Shown here piece after piece: positions 53,787 through 62,173 of a stretch of DNA of 64,000 nucleotides. The first letter of the stretch is position 1; the number at the start of each line of letters is the position of its first letter. The DNA is from Verrucomicrobiota bacterium (GTDB lineage: Bacteria > Verrucomicrobiota > Verrucomicrobiia > Chthoniobacterales > UBA10450), in contig JBKPQL010000053.1 of NCBI GenBank assembly GCA_046734045.1, forward strand, positions 2,903 to 66,902. Reading direction: 5' to 3'. Both the position numbers and the translations under genes were made by a program. The notes under the pieces were generated by a model. The model searched no databases. It was not told the origin of the DNA and was given only the letters and a program-made list of their open reading frames with translations.

Positions 53787-54914
53787 CTAATCCGCTCGGT
53801 TGCGGATCGTAATGACAGGCGGGTTTTTTTCAGGTCGATACATCGACGCACCATAACAGATTGCGGCAGTGTCTTTGCGCGCGTAACGCACTTGTGGCTC
53901 GCCTGCGCAATACGGAGGGTCGTGCTGGTCGTAACACCTCTCCTTAATATTCGCGCCCCAACGTTCGACGTAGGAGCAATTCGCAGTCTTCGAACTGCCG
54001 GGAATTTCGACGTAGCGATTTTCGGTGAGTGTGAGAAACGCCGCCTCCCCGGGAAGCGGAATCGGCGTCGCCCAGTTTGGCGATAATTGGATGAGCTTTC
54101 GCTTGTTGAAATCGAAAGCCTCGACCGTGTCGCCCTCCGTGCTGTCAAGGTGGCAGCTGAAGAATATTAACCGCAGCGGACCCTCGAACAGAAACTGTTG
54201 ATCCGTGTTCCGCCGAATTTGCAACGGCTCGAAGGACGGGAAGCCGCGCAGCTTGCCGACCTTAGCCTCTTGGCCCGAGTTGGAATCGCGGAACCACATT
54301 ACCCAGTCCAGTGGATCCTCCTTGTCTTCGTCCTTGCGCCAGAAGATTTCGCCCGCCGCGGCGGGGGCGTTGATCGTTGCTGGCGGGCGGTCTTTTGCAT
54401 CAGCCACAGCGTCCAGCGCTGTCACACTCGGATGTTCCCGCCGCTCGGCGCTCTCGCCTGTCGCGGAAGGCGGCCCGGATTCTTCCTGCCTCGCTGCTGG
54501 AGAGGCCGATGAAGATTGCTCTTCGCCTTGTTCGAGATTCGTGAAATAAGGTGAGCTTTTCGTTGCCGAGTACCAATCGGGCGCGGCATCGAACTTCTTC
54601 GGCTTCGTGCCGCGAGGATCGATGCTCCAAAATTCCCGCGTGTCATTTGGTTTCTCGCGGGTGAACGCAATCGTTTTCCCATCGGGCGCGAAAATCGGAT
54701 CGATGTCCTGCCCGGAATTGTCGTTGGTCAATTGTCGCAACAGCTTTCCGTCTTCACGATATAAGTAAAGATGTGAATGACTCGTGCCCTTGGCCTGTAG
54801 ATAGCGAATCGCAATCACAATCTCGGAGGCGCCGCGCGAGACCGTCGCCGTCAACGCAAATACTGCGGCGAGGAGAAATGTTGGAAGCATCGATCGCATC
54901 AACACCACAGCCAC
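53787..54914 (-). CDS. exported protein with PD40/TolB-like repeats and an unknown Cys-containing C-terminal domain
   Basis: Signal peptide MLPTFLLAAVFALTATVSRGA. The segment LYLYREDGKLLRQLT...DIDPIFAPDGKTIAFT is PD40-like. A low-complexity linker follows. Confidence 0.8.
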   Translation of the reverse strand: MAVVLMRSMLPTFLLAAVFALTATVSRGASEIVIAIRYLQAKGTSHSHLYLYREDGKLLRQLTNDNSGQDIDPIFAPDGKTIAFTREKPNDTREFWSIDPRGTKPKKFDAAPDWYSATKSSPYFTNLEQGEEQSSSASPAARQEESGPPSATGESAERREHPSVTALDAVADAKDRPPATINAPAAAGEIFWRKDEDKEDPLDWVMWFRDSNSGQEAKVGKLRGFPSFEPLQIRRNTDQQFLFEGPLRLIFFSCHLDSTEGDTVEAFDFNKRKLIQLSPNWATPIPLPGEAAFLTLTENRYVEIPGSSKTANCSYVERWGANIKERCYDQHDPPYCAGEPQVRYARKDTAAICYGASMYRPEKNPPVITIRNRAD

Positions 54915-55401
54915 CTACTCCTTCGACGGAACTTTCTTTTTTGAAATGATTCGGAACTTGCCGGTTTTCTCGTCGAACTTGGCAGTGAATCTGTAGGTAG
55001 CCTCTTCCCCTCGCCTCCGCGAAAGATGTCGTATTGCTCGAGCAACAGGATACCCGGTCTTATCCACCGAATTGGCGTGACATATTCGTTCCTGACATCC
55101 CCTTGGCATCGACCCGGAGCTCCGCCTCAAGTCGGGCAAAATCATTGCCTGAGCGATGATAAATATACGTATCCGTAACGCGTGGGCCACCGGTTAAAGG
55201 ATACGCAAACCAGTTCGAATCCTTGGACCAAACCAAATGAGAGGCACTGCCTTCGTTGTCTTGACCGACGTTCACCACAACCTTCTTCGATCGAAGCGAA
55301 ACGAGTTCGACTGCAGTGATCAGACTGGAATCGGTATTGTTAGGATCTTCCGGTTCCGAGCTGCACGAAATGCGCAGCGCGAATTTTCCGTCCGCCACCA
55401 C
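54915..55401 (-). pseudogene. 5'-truncated, doubly frameshifted copy of the 48619-49317 type paralogue
   Basis: Frame a reads VVADGKFALRIS...HLVWSKDSNWFAY...IYHRSGNDFARLEAELRVDAKG. Frame c reads DVRNEYVTPIRWIRPGILLLEQYDIFRGGEG. Frame b reads ATYRFTAKFDEKTGKFRIISKKKV*. There is no signal peptide. Confidence 0.75.
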
Positions 55402-55430
55402 GAGAATGATTTTCGCAAAGCGGAATCGAG

Positions 55431-55871
55431 CTACGGGCCGTAGCTTTTGGTGAATTTCTTTCTCGATTCCGTCTCGGCCTCGGCAGATGCAATCGGCGCC
55501 GATGGTTCAGGCTTGCCTGCCGATGGTTGCTCGGGGGGTTCTGGCGCGGCTGCGGCTTCCGGAGCCTCGGGTTGCGCGGCGCCTTTGGGCTGTTCGCCAG
55601 CAGCTTCGACATATGCCATTTGCAAATTAGAAAGGGTATTCCGCAACACGGTGGTCTCTTCGTTCGTCAGGTTCCCACGCGTTTTCTCCTGAATCATCTC
55701 CAATTGGTCAATGAACATCCTGGCGAAATCCAAGTTCACTTCGGGTTCGCCAGTCTTTGGATTTGGAATTTGACCGAGGAACAGCGCAGCGTTTTGCGCG
55801 TGCATCACCACAAACTCGATGAAGCGCTGCGACATCTCGCCGCTCTGTGTGGTTTTTTGGACTTCAGCCAT
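55431..55871 (-). CDS. DUF1844 domain protein
   Basis: The segment FIEFVVMHAQNAALFLGQIPNPKTGEPEVNLDFARMFIDQLEMIQEKTRGNLTNEE matches DUF1844. Confidence 0.85.
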   Translation of the reverse strand: MAEVQKTTQSGEMSQRFIEFVVMHAQNAALFLGQIPNPKTGEPEVNLDFARMFIDQLEMIQEKTRGNLTNEETTVLRNTLSNLQMAYVEAAGEQPKGAAQPEAPEAAAAPEPPEQPSAGKPEPSAPIASAEAETESRKKFTKSYGP

Positions 55872-55879
55872 AGAACTAA

Positions 55880-55954
55880 GTGATGAGTGATAGGTGACGA
55901 GTGATGAGCCATCTTAAGATAGCATGATTCTTCTCGTCACTCATCACTTGTCAC
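55880..55954. repeat. inverted arrays of GTGAYGA heptamers forming a potential long hairpin/terminator
   Basis: gtgatga gtgatag gtgacga gtgatga ... tcgtcac tcatcac ttgtcac. It lies between the M16 peptidase stop (55951) and the DUF1844 start (55871). Confidence 0.5.
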
Positions 55955-58575
55955 TTCTTCTCGGGCGGTCGTACCGTGGCCAAAACGTAGGGTTGATCCC
56001 GAAAATATTTCGCAGCGACCCGCTTAATATCGTCGAGCGTTATCGCGTTCACGTCGTGCTCGAGTCGCTTGTAATAATCGAAGCCCATCCCGTAGAGCTC
56101 GTCGAGCGCGCAATGAAAACCGAAAGTGTCGTTGCTCTGATTGGCGATCTCCTGCTGGCCGATGAGTTTCTTTTTTGCACGCGCTAATTCCTCAGGCGTA
56201 AGACCCCCGTTGGCAAGCTTGCGGATTTCATCAAGAAAGGCTGTTTTCACCGGCTCGATCTTCTGCGGGTCCGTCCCGAGATAAAATGCAAAAACACCGG
56301 GCACTAGTCCTTGCATCTGGTTTGCGCCGACGTAATAGGCCAGTCCCATTTGCTCGCGAATCCGAATAAAGAATCGCGAGCCGAGATCGCTGCTCGCCTC
56401 GTCGATCAACTCCAGCGGGTAGCGATCCGGACTCGATAAACTCGCACCGCGGAATCCGACCATGATCACGCCTTGCGCTTTGTCTTTGCGACTTTCCACG
56501 GATTCTGGTTTTGCCAGCGGCATCGCCGGTTGCACATCCTTCAAGGCGAGCTCGCCGGGCCGCATCTTCCCGAGCGCTTGCTCCAAGAGCTGCTTCACCT
56601 CCGCTGCGTTCACATCACCGAAGACAAAGACCACACCGTTTTTCGCGACGACATAACGATCACGAAATTCAAGCAAATCCTTTTGCGTCAATCTCTGAAC
56701 AGAGTCGACCGAACCATTTTGGCGCAGGGCGTACGGATGCTGCGGGAAAAGCGCCTGCCGCATGATGTTGCGCGCAACATTCGTCAGCTGCTCTTCCTCC
56801 TGCTGGATCGCGGCGATCTGGATTTCTTTTTCACGCGCGATCGCTTTTTCCGGCATGGTTGCATTGAGCAAAACGTCCGAGAGCAATTCGACGCCTAGTT
56901 TCACATCCGGTTTAGTAATACCAACCTGCACATTGAAACTGTTGTTCCCTCCTTCGCTGGCGATGGAGCCGCCAACAGCTTCGATCTGGTTTGCAATTTG
57001 TTCCGCGGTGCGCGTCTTGGTTCCTTTGAGCATCACCTTCGCCATTAGACGCGTGATGCCATTTGTCTGCGGCGTTTCCGCGAGAAGACCGCTCCGGAAA
57101 ACCGCACCCATTGCTACCAATGGCAAGCGCCGATCTTCGCGCACCAGAAGACGCAGCCCATTTGATAGCTCGAATTTCTGAACCTCGGCGGCAGCGGCGA
57201 CCTTCGGACCCTCGGCCTTGGCGCCCAGCGATCCTTTCGGATTCAACGAGATGACCGTCAGATTGTTCTCGGCCAGATAATTTGCGGCGACGCGTTTGAT
57301 ATCATCAAGTGTGACCTTCTGCACGGCATCCAGATAATCCCGGCTAAAATTGAGATTGCGCGTAAGGAACCAGTTGGAGCCAATGTCTGAGGCCTGGCCG
57401 CTCATGGTCGTAAGAGCGCTGAGATGATGACTGAGCGCAATTTTCTTTGCCTTCGCGAGTTCCTCTGGAGTAGCTCCAGTCTGTTTTACCTCATCAACGA
57501 TGCGCAAAGCCAATTGCTCGGCTTCTTCGCGTTTTTTTGGATCGAGAGTGGCATCTATGCCGAATAATCCCGGATCGCCCGGCGTGTAGGAGAATGCGCC
57601 TATGCGGAACGCCAAACCGGCCTCTTCGCGAACGCGCCGATAGAGACGCGAGCTACGCCCGTCACCGAGAATCAATGCGAGAAGATCGAGCGCAGGCACA
57701 TCGGGGTTTGTGACCTCCGGAATGTGCCAGGCCAGCGAAAGATGCGTCAGTTCTGTGGCAAACTCCTGATTCACCTCTCGCCTACCAAGTTGCGGCGGTT
57801 CCCCAGGAATGAAGACCGGCTTGAGCGATTTCTCAGGATACGGCTTGAACAGATCGGTGAGTTGTTGCCGCACTTTTTGTCCATCGACGTCTCCCACGAC
57901 GACGAACGTAAGATTGTTCGGGACATAGCGCGTTTTGTAATACTGCAGCACCTGCTCTTGCGTGAGCTGGTTGTAGATTTCGATCTCACCGATTACGGGG
58001 AAGCGATACGGATGCCGCTGGTAAGCGGTCGCAAAAAGCAGCAGCGTGGCCACGCGATCGGGGTCATCCATCCCCATGGCGAACTCGCGCCGAATCACTT
58101 CCTGCTCCTTCTGATATTCCTGCGGCGGCAAAGTCGAATTCATCATCGCGTCGGCCAAAATGTCGAGCGCGGTGGTCACGCCGTCCTTGGGAACGTCGAT
58201 CCAAAAAACCGTGCGATCAAAGGATGTATAAGCGTTGATGTAACCACCAACGTCCTGGATCTTCTGCGCGATTTCATTGGTCGATCGCGTCTTGGTTCCC
58301 TTGAAGAGCATGTGCTCAAGGATGTGGGACAAGCCTGCTCCCAGATGCTGGTCCTCGTAGATGCTTCCCGTGGCGCACCAAGCCTGCACGCTTGCCACCG
58401 GCGCGCTGTGATCTTCCTGGACGATGATCGTCAGGCCGTTTGGCAAAATCCACTTTTGCGCCGAGCTCGGCGGAAACGTAATCACGGGCAACCTGTCAGT
58501 TGCAGTGGTATTCCGATTGGTAGTGGTAAGCATAATCGCGACCACGAGCGCCATGGACGGCGCGAATCGCATCAT
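55951..58575 (-). CDS. M16-family (pitrilysin/insulinase-like) zinc peptidase, double-length (two M16 units), exported
   Basis: The HxxEH motif is in GLSHILEHMLFKGTKTRS. The 874-aa product has a second inactive repeat and a signal-like N-terminus. Confidence 0.93.
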   Translation of the reverse strand: MMRFAPSMALVVAIMLTTTNRNTTATDRLPVITFPPSSAQKWILPNGLTIIVQEDHSAPVASVQAWCATGSIYEDQHLGAGLSHILEHMLFKGTKTRSTNEIAQKIQDVGGYINAYTSFDRTVFWIDVPKDGVTTALDILADAMMNSTLPPQEYQKEQEVIRREFAMGMDDPDRVATLLLFATAYQRHPYRFPVIGEIEIYNQLTQEQVLQYYKTRYVPNNLTFVVVGDVDGQKVRQQLTDLFKPYPEKSLKPVFIPGEPPQLGRREVNQEFATELTHLSLAWHIPEVTNPDVPALDLLALILGDGRSSRLYRRVREEAGLAFRIGAFSYTPGDPGLFGIDATLDPKKREEAEQLALRIVDEVKQTGATPEELAKAKKIALSHHLSALTTMSGQASDIGSNWFLTRNLNFSRDYLDAVQKVTLDDIKRVAANYLAENNLTVISLNPKGSLGAKAEGPKVAAAAEVQKFELSNGLRLLVREDRRLPLVAMGAVFRSGLLAETPQTNGITRLMAKVMLKGTKTRTAEQIANQIEAVGGSIASEGGNNSFNVQVGITKPDVKLGVELLSDVLLNATMPEKAIAREKEIQIAAIQQEEEQLTNVARNIMRQALFPQHPYALRQNGSVDSVQRLTQKDLLEFRDRYVVAKNGVVFVFGDVNAAEVKQLLEQALGKMRPGELALKDVQPAMPLAKPESVESRKDKAQGVIMVGFRGASLSSPDRYPLELIDEASSDLGSRFFIRIREQMGLAYYVGANQMQGLVPGVFAFYLGTDPQKIEPVKTAFLDEIRKLANGGLTPEELARAKKKLIGQQEIANQSNDTFGFHCALDELYGMGFDYYKRLEHDVNAITLDDIKRVAAKYFRDQPYVLATVRPPEKK

Positions 58576-59006
58576 ACAGACTTCTGCGCCGGCACGCCCG
58601 CGGGCAGCTTCACAATCGCTGGTTTGGCCGGTGCGAACGGTTTTATAAAAGCTTCTTCGAAATCATAGACGTTCTTAAAGTCCTCGATCGAATCCTCCTC
58701 GGTCTTTCCGAATATTCCGGCGCCAATGAGGTTGAAAACCATGTTTCCAGTGTCCTCACAGGAATGAACGCCCCAGTTTTCGAAAACGGTCATGACCATT
58801 GGCCCGAATTCTTTGAGCGCGTACTGCCGCACACCCTCGAGCAATTCCGGCCCTGTCACATGACGTACAGTAGCGCCCTTGATTTTCTTCTGCTGTTTCG
58901 TGGTGAAATCGAGCGCATCGCGCAGGAAAACGTATGCATCCCGCTGGTAACGTGGATCGCTCGCCACGATGGAATCGAGTGCTTCAGCAAATCCAATTTT
59001 TTGCAT
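58572..59006 (-). CDS. Minf_1886-type (Verrucomicrobia/Planctomycetes-restricted) conserved hypothetical protein (tentative family call)
   Basis: The segment DPRYQRDAYVFLRDALDFT...RHVTGPELLEGVRQYALKEFGPM...WGVHSCEDTGNMVFNLI matches my memory of TIGR04138-like proteins. Confidence 0.7.
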   Translation of the reverse strand: MQKIGFAEALDSIVASDPRYQRDAYVFLRDALDFTTKQQKKIKGATVRHVTGPELLEGVRQYALKEFGPMVMTVFENWGVHSCEDTGNMVFNLIGAGIFGKTEEDSIEDFKNVYDFEEAFIKPFAPAKPAIVKLPAGVPAQKSV

Positions 59007-59086
59007 ACCAAGAACAAGTTACGATAAACAGCAAGGTCAGCAGGAGCAACTGCGGTAGATTTCGTGTGCGGAAATTCCGCAGCTTG

Positions 59087-60361
59087 CTAATCCTCGAATT
59101 GGCCGGCTAATGAATCGAGATAGACTGAGAGCGGGTCGCGTCGCCTTGGAGCCGAGCGCGGCGATTGGTTTGCTGCCTTAAGATAATCAGTGAAATTGCC
59201 ACTGCCGTTCTCCATTTGTGTCGCTTCGAACCAGTTCATGTAATCGTCAATGTCATTCATTCGCGCCGAGAGCTTTTCACGAGTAAGTTGCAAGGGCGCA
59301 AGCCGCTTCGCGACGCCTCGTCGTTTTCCACGCGCAAGTAGCGTCACCATCTGCTGGTATTCGCGCGCGACAGGACGCAATACTGGATTCGCTTGCCCAA
59401 TAAATAAAAGCAATGCCTGACTCAATTGCTTGAGCGCCGCTTTTTCCGCCGGGGAGGGCTTCTGCCGCACGAAGCTGCCAAGTTCCGCTGATTTATCCAT
59501 GCCTGGAACTTTAACGCGCAGCAACTCATCAAGGCGTCGTTCGCTTTCCGAAAATGTGAATAACTGGTAATTCTCGGCACCGCTCAGCCGCGCTACAGCT
59601 GCACGCCAGATTTTTTCGGGGTGATTTGCCAATACGGAAAACTGCGCCTTCAAATCGGCCAGCGGATCGTTGGATGCATTCGATAAGTTGCCGATGTACC
59701 GCAACAGCCCCGCGCGCCCGTCTGCTCCATCGATTAGCAATTGCACAAGCGCAAACGAATAAGCGCGATAAACCAGGCGACCAGCGGAATCGAGTAGCTC
59801 CGGACGTTTCATGAGAAATTCGACCAGGGGCAGCGCCTTGTCCGCGGCGGAAAGCGCTTCGACCAGCGACCTGCGGTCACGGCCGGGCGTGAACGCAAGT
59901 ATGCCGTCGAGCAACCAATCCGGCGGCTGCAAAAAGGCGGTTCCAGGAGCAACGTTCGGTTGGTTTCGGTAAATCATCTCCAGCAGAATCACGCGCAACA
60001 ATTCCCGCTCCATCAATGAAGCATCGAGATCTTGCGCGATGGTCAAATCAAGTTGCAGTTTCGGGCCAAAACCGGTCTGGCTAACATGCAACTCAGCCGG
60101 CGGAATTTCTGGGAGATTCGCCTGTCGTGGCTGCAAATTAATCAGTACCGGTATCTTCCATCCGTCACGCTGTTGCAGTAGCGCGAGCAAATTCGCCTTG
60201 GTTTGCTCCGCTAAATTCGAGACCCCGCCGCGCAACACAACATCAGCGCCGTAAATGATGAATTGATGCGAAGGACTTACGCTGCGCTCGGGTAATGCAG
60301 CGTGCAACGATTGACAGGCGAAAATCCAGCAGAGGAAAATCGCACCACGCTTCACCTTCAT
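59087..60361 (-). CDS. hypothetical exported protein
   Basis: A long ORF, open to 60382. Signal peptide MKVKRGAIFLCWIFACQSLHA. No family was recognised. Confidence 0.65.
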   Translation of the reverse strand: MKVKRGAIFLCWIFACQSLHAALPERSVSPSHQFIIYGADVVLRGGVSNLAEQTKANLLALLQQRDGWKIPVLINLQPRQANLPEIPPAELHVSQTGFGPKLQLDLTIAQDLDASLMERELLRVILLEMIYRNQPNVAPGTAFLQPPDWLLDGILAFTPGRDRRSLVEALSAADKALPLVEFLMKRPELLDSAGRLVYRAYSFALVQLLIDGADGRAGLLRYIGNLSNASNDPLADLKAQFSVLANHPEKIWRAAVARLSGAENYQLFTFSESERRLDELLRVKVPGMDKSAELGSFVRQKPSPAEKAALKQLSQALLLFIGQANPVLRPVAREYQQMVTLLARGKRRGVAKRLAPLQLTREKLSARMNDIDDYMNWFEATQMENGSGNFTDYLKAANQSPRSAPRRRDPLSVYLDSLAGQFED

Positions 60362-60584
60362 AAAGCGGCCCATGATAAGCACGAGGACAGCGTCCTCACC
60401 AGCAGAATCGGCGAAACTCTCCGGCGTCTCAGGTTTTTAATATGGAGAACGTCTCGCAGAACCTGCGTTGTAGCCACGGCGGTCTCCAGCCGAAAGCGTT
60501 TACGGTTGCGTCCGTCCGAGGAAGCCCTTGACAGGCTTCGGCGAACGCATTTGTGAGGCGGATCCTACGGAAAGGAGCAAGTAC

Positions 60585-61196
60585 ATGAGAACCAAACGTT
60601 TAGTTTTCATAAGCTGCTTGGCGGCAGCGGCGCTAGTTATGTCGCCTGCACTGGGTCAGCCGCCTCAAAAGAAAAAGGTAGTGAGGTCGTCCTCGACACC
60701 AACGCGAGTCACGTCCTCGAGACCAACGCGAATGACGTCGTCGGCGCGGACACGAATGGCGTCAGCTCAAATGACGCCGACATATCGTTACGGCGGGACT
60801 CGCTACTATGGCGGCACTCGTTATTATGGCGGCGGCACTAGCTATTATTACGGTAACTATCCGTATTACAGCTATTACTCTGGCGGATTCGGCTACCCGT
60901 ACTATGGCTATTACTCGTCCTGGCCGTACTCGAATTACGCGCCTTCGTACTATGGGGATTACTATCCGTACAGTTACTCCTACTACAGGGGACCGGCTTA
61001 CGGATATGACCGGTCCGTGGTTGCGGCGGTGCAGCGTCGCCTCGGCGAGCTCGGTTACTATCATGGCGTGATCGACGGGGCGATGGGGCCGCAAACCCGG
61101 GCCGCGATCAGCGCTTATGAAGCGACGCATCATCTGGCTGTGGACGGCACGATCAAGTCGGCCGCTGCTCGACAGAATGGGCCTCAGTTAATCTGA
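60585..61196 (+). CDS. exported Tyr/Gly-rich low-complexity protein with C-terminal peptidoglycan-binding (PG_binding_1) domain
   Basis: AAAGGAG lies 8 nt upstream of the ATG. A signal peptide is present. The low-complexity run is YGGTRYYGGTRYYGGGTSYYYGNYPYYSYYSGGFGYPYYGYY. The C-terminus is VQRRLGELGYYHGVIDGAMGPQTRAAISAYE. Confidence 0.8.
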   Translation: MRTKRLVFISCLAAAALVMSPALGQPPQKKKVVRSSSTPTRVTSSRPTRMTSSARTRMASAQMTPTYRYGGTRYYGGTRYYGGGTSYYYGNYPYYSYYSGGFGYPYYGYYSSWPYSNYAPSYYGDYYPYSYSYYRGPAYGYDRSVVAAVQRRLGELGYYHGVIDGAMGPQTRAAISAYEATHHLAVDGTIKSAAARQNGPQLI

Positions 61197-61225
61197 GACT
61201 TAACGATTGAGTATTCGGTTACTTT

Positions 61226-61268
61226 GACCGGCGGGACTCGCAGGGTGCAATGGGGCGAGCCGCCGGTC
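61226..61268 (+). terminator. hairpin GACCGGCGG-N25-CCGCCGGTC downstream of the first PG-binding gene
   Basis: It has the same arms as the hairpin at 61967-62011 but a weak T-tract. Confidence 0.4.
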
Positions 61269-61347
61269 TCATTTTATCCCGGGATGCGTAAAAAATCGAA
61301 ACTCCCGCCGCCCTTTGGTGTATAATGAGTAAAACCCCGAGTAGTTT

Positions 61348-61887
61348 ATGAATTCAAAATCTATTCTCTTCTTAACTTTGGTTGCGGTAATTGCGTTGGC
61401 TGCATCAGGAGTCAGCGCCGCTCCGCGCAGCGGCGGCAATTTCACTTCGATGGGAGGAGGGCATCCGGTCATGCGCGGCGGAGCCGGCACGTTCAGTGGC
61501 AATTTCCGGCATTTCGACCGTTTCCACCGTTTCGACCGTTTCGACCATTTCCACCACCACAACTTTAATGATGTCATCTTTATCGGTGACTTCGGCTTTC
61601 CATGGTGGTGGGGATGGGGCTGGGGCTGGGGATATCCATATGGATATTACGGCTACCCATATGGCTATGGCTATCCGTACTACGGCTATGGCGGGTACGG
61701 GTATGGTTATGGCCAGCCCGGCTATGGATACGGTGACTATAGCAATAGCAGCCACTCCAGAGTGGCCGAACTGCAACGTCGCCTCGCTCGCGCCGGCTAC
61801 TATCATGGCGCCATTGATGGAATCATGGGGCCTGGGACCCGGCGAGCAATTCGCGCTTACGAGCGCGACCACGGGAACGTAGGCTAA
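61348..61887 (+). CDS. paralogous exported His/Trp/Tyr/Gly-rich protein with C-terminal PG_binding_1 domain
   Basis: A signal peptide is present. The low-complexity runs are HFDRFHRFDRFDHFHHH and WWWGWGWGWGYPYGYYGYPYGYGYPYYGYGGYGYGYG. The C-terminus is LQRRLARAGYYHGAIDGIMGPGTRRAIRAYE. Confidence 0.8.
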   Translation: MNSKSILFLTLVAVIALAASGVSAAPRSGGNFTSMGGGHPVMRGGAGTFSGNFRHFDRFHRFDRFDHFHHHNFNDVIFIGDFGFPWWWGWGWGWGYPYGYYGYPYGYGYPYYGYGGYGYGYGQPGYGYGDYSNSSHSRVAELQRRLARAGYYHGAIDGIMGPGTRRAIRAYERDHGNVG

Positions 61888-61966
61888 TTGGCCGACGGTT
61901 TCTCACGAGTATGGCGGGTGGAGTTAACCGGAAGACGATTGTCGATTATTGATCTTTCGGTTGGTT

Positions 61967-62018
61967 GACCGGCGGAAATTCGCGAGGTGTTAAAGAGGCA
62001 AACCGCCGGTCTTTTTTT
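61967..62018 (+). terminator. intrinsic terminator (GACCGGCGG...CCGCCGGTC followed by T7)
   Basis: Arms lie at 61967-75 and 62003-11, with ttttttt at 62012-18. Confidence 0.65.
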
Positions 62019-62173
62019 ATTGTCGCCAGAATTTTTGGAGCTTAGGCGAGATTAGCAACGCGCCGCATCGTCCCGGGAACCCAATTTTCTTCCGTCATGT
62101 GGTCGCGTCCGCTGGACGGCTGAACGCACTACTTTGGCACGAGGTCGTATCCCGCCTTCGATAGCCCGCCAAA

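Noticed and set aside
53780-54148. A 123-codon N-terminal extension of the big TPR ORF; the track lists it as 1307 aa from 54148.
   Set aside because: The extension overlaps the 3' part of the well-supported PD40-like gene 53787-54914 and is Arg/Ser/Thr-rich nonsense-like sequence. The internal ATG at 53779 is followed by a good signal peptide.
60762-61882. Long ORFs on the opposite strand or in other frames across the Tyr/Gly-rich genes (60762-61133 -, 60808-61071 +, 61391-61882 +, 61405-61872 -).
   Set aside because: Low-complexity repeats keep several frames open. Only the chosen frames have a signal peptide, a Shine-Dalgarno sequence (gene 1) and a peptidoglycan-binding domain.
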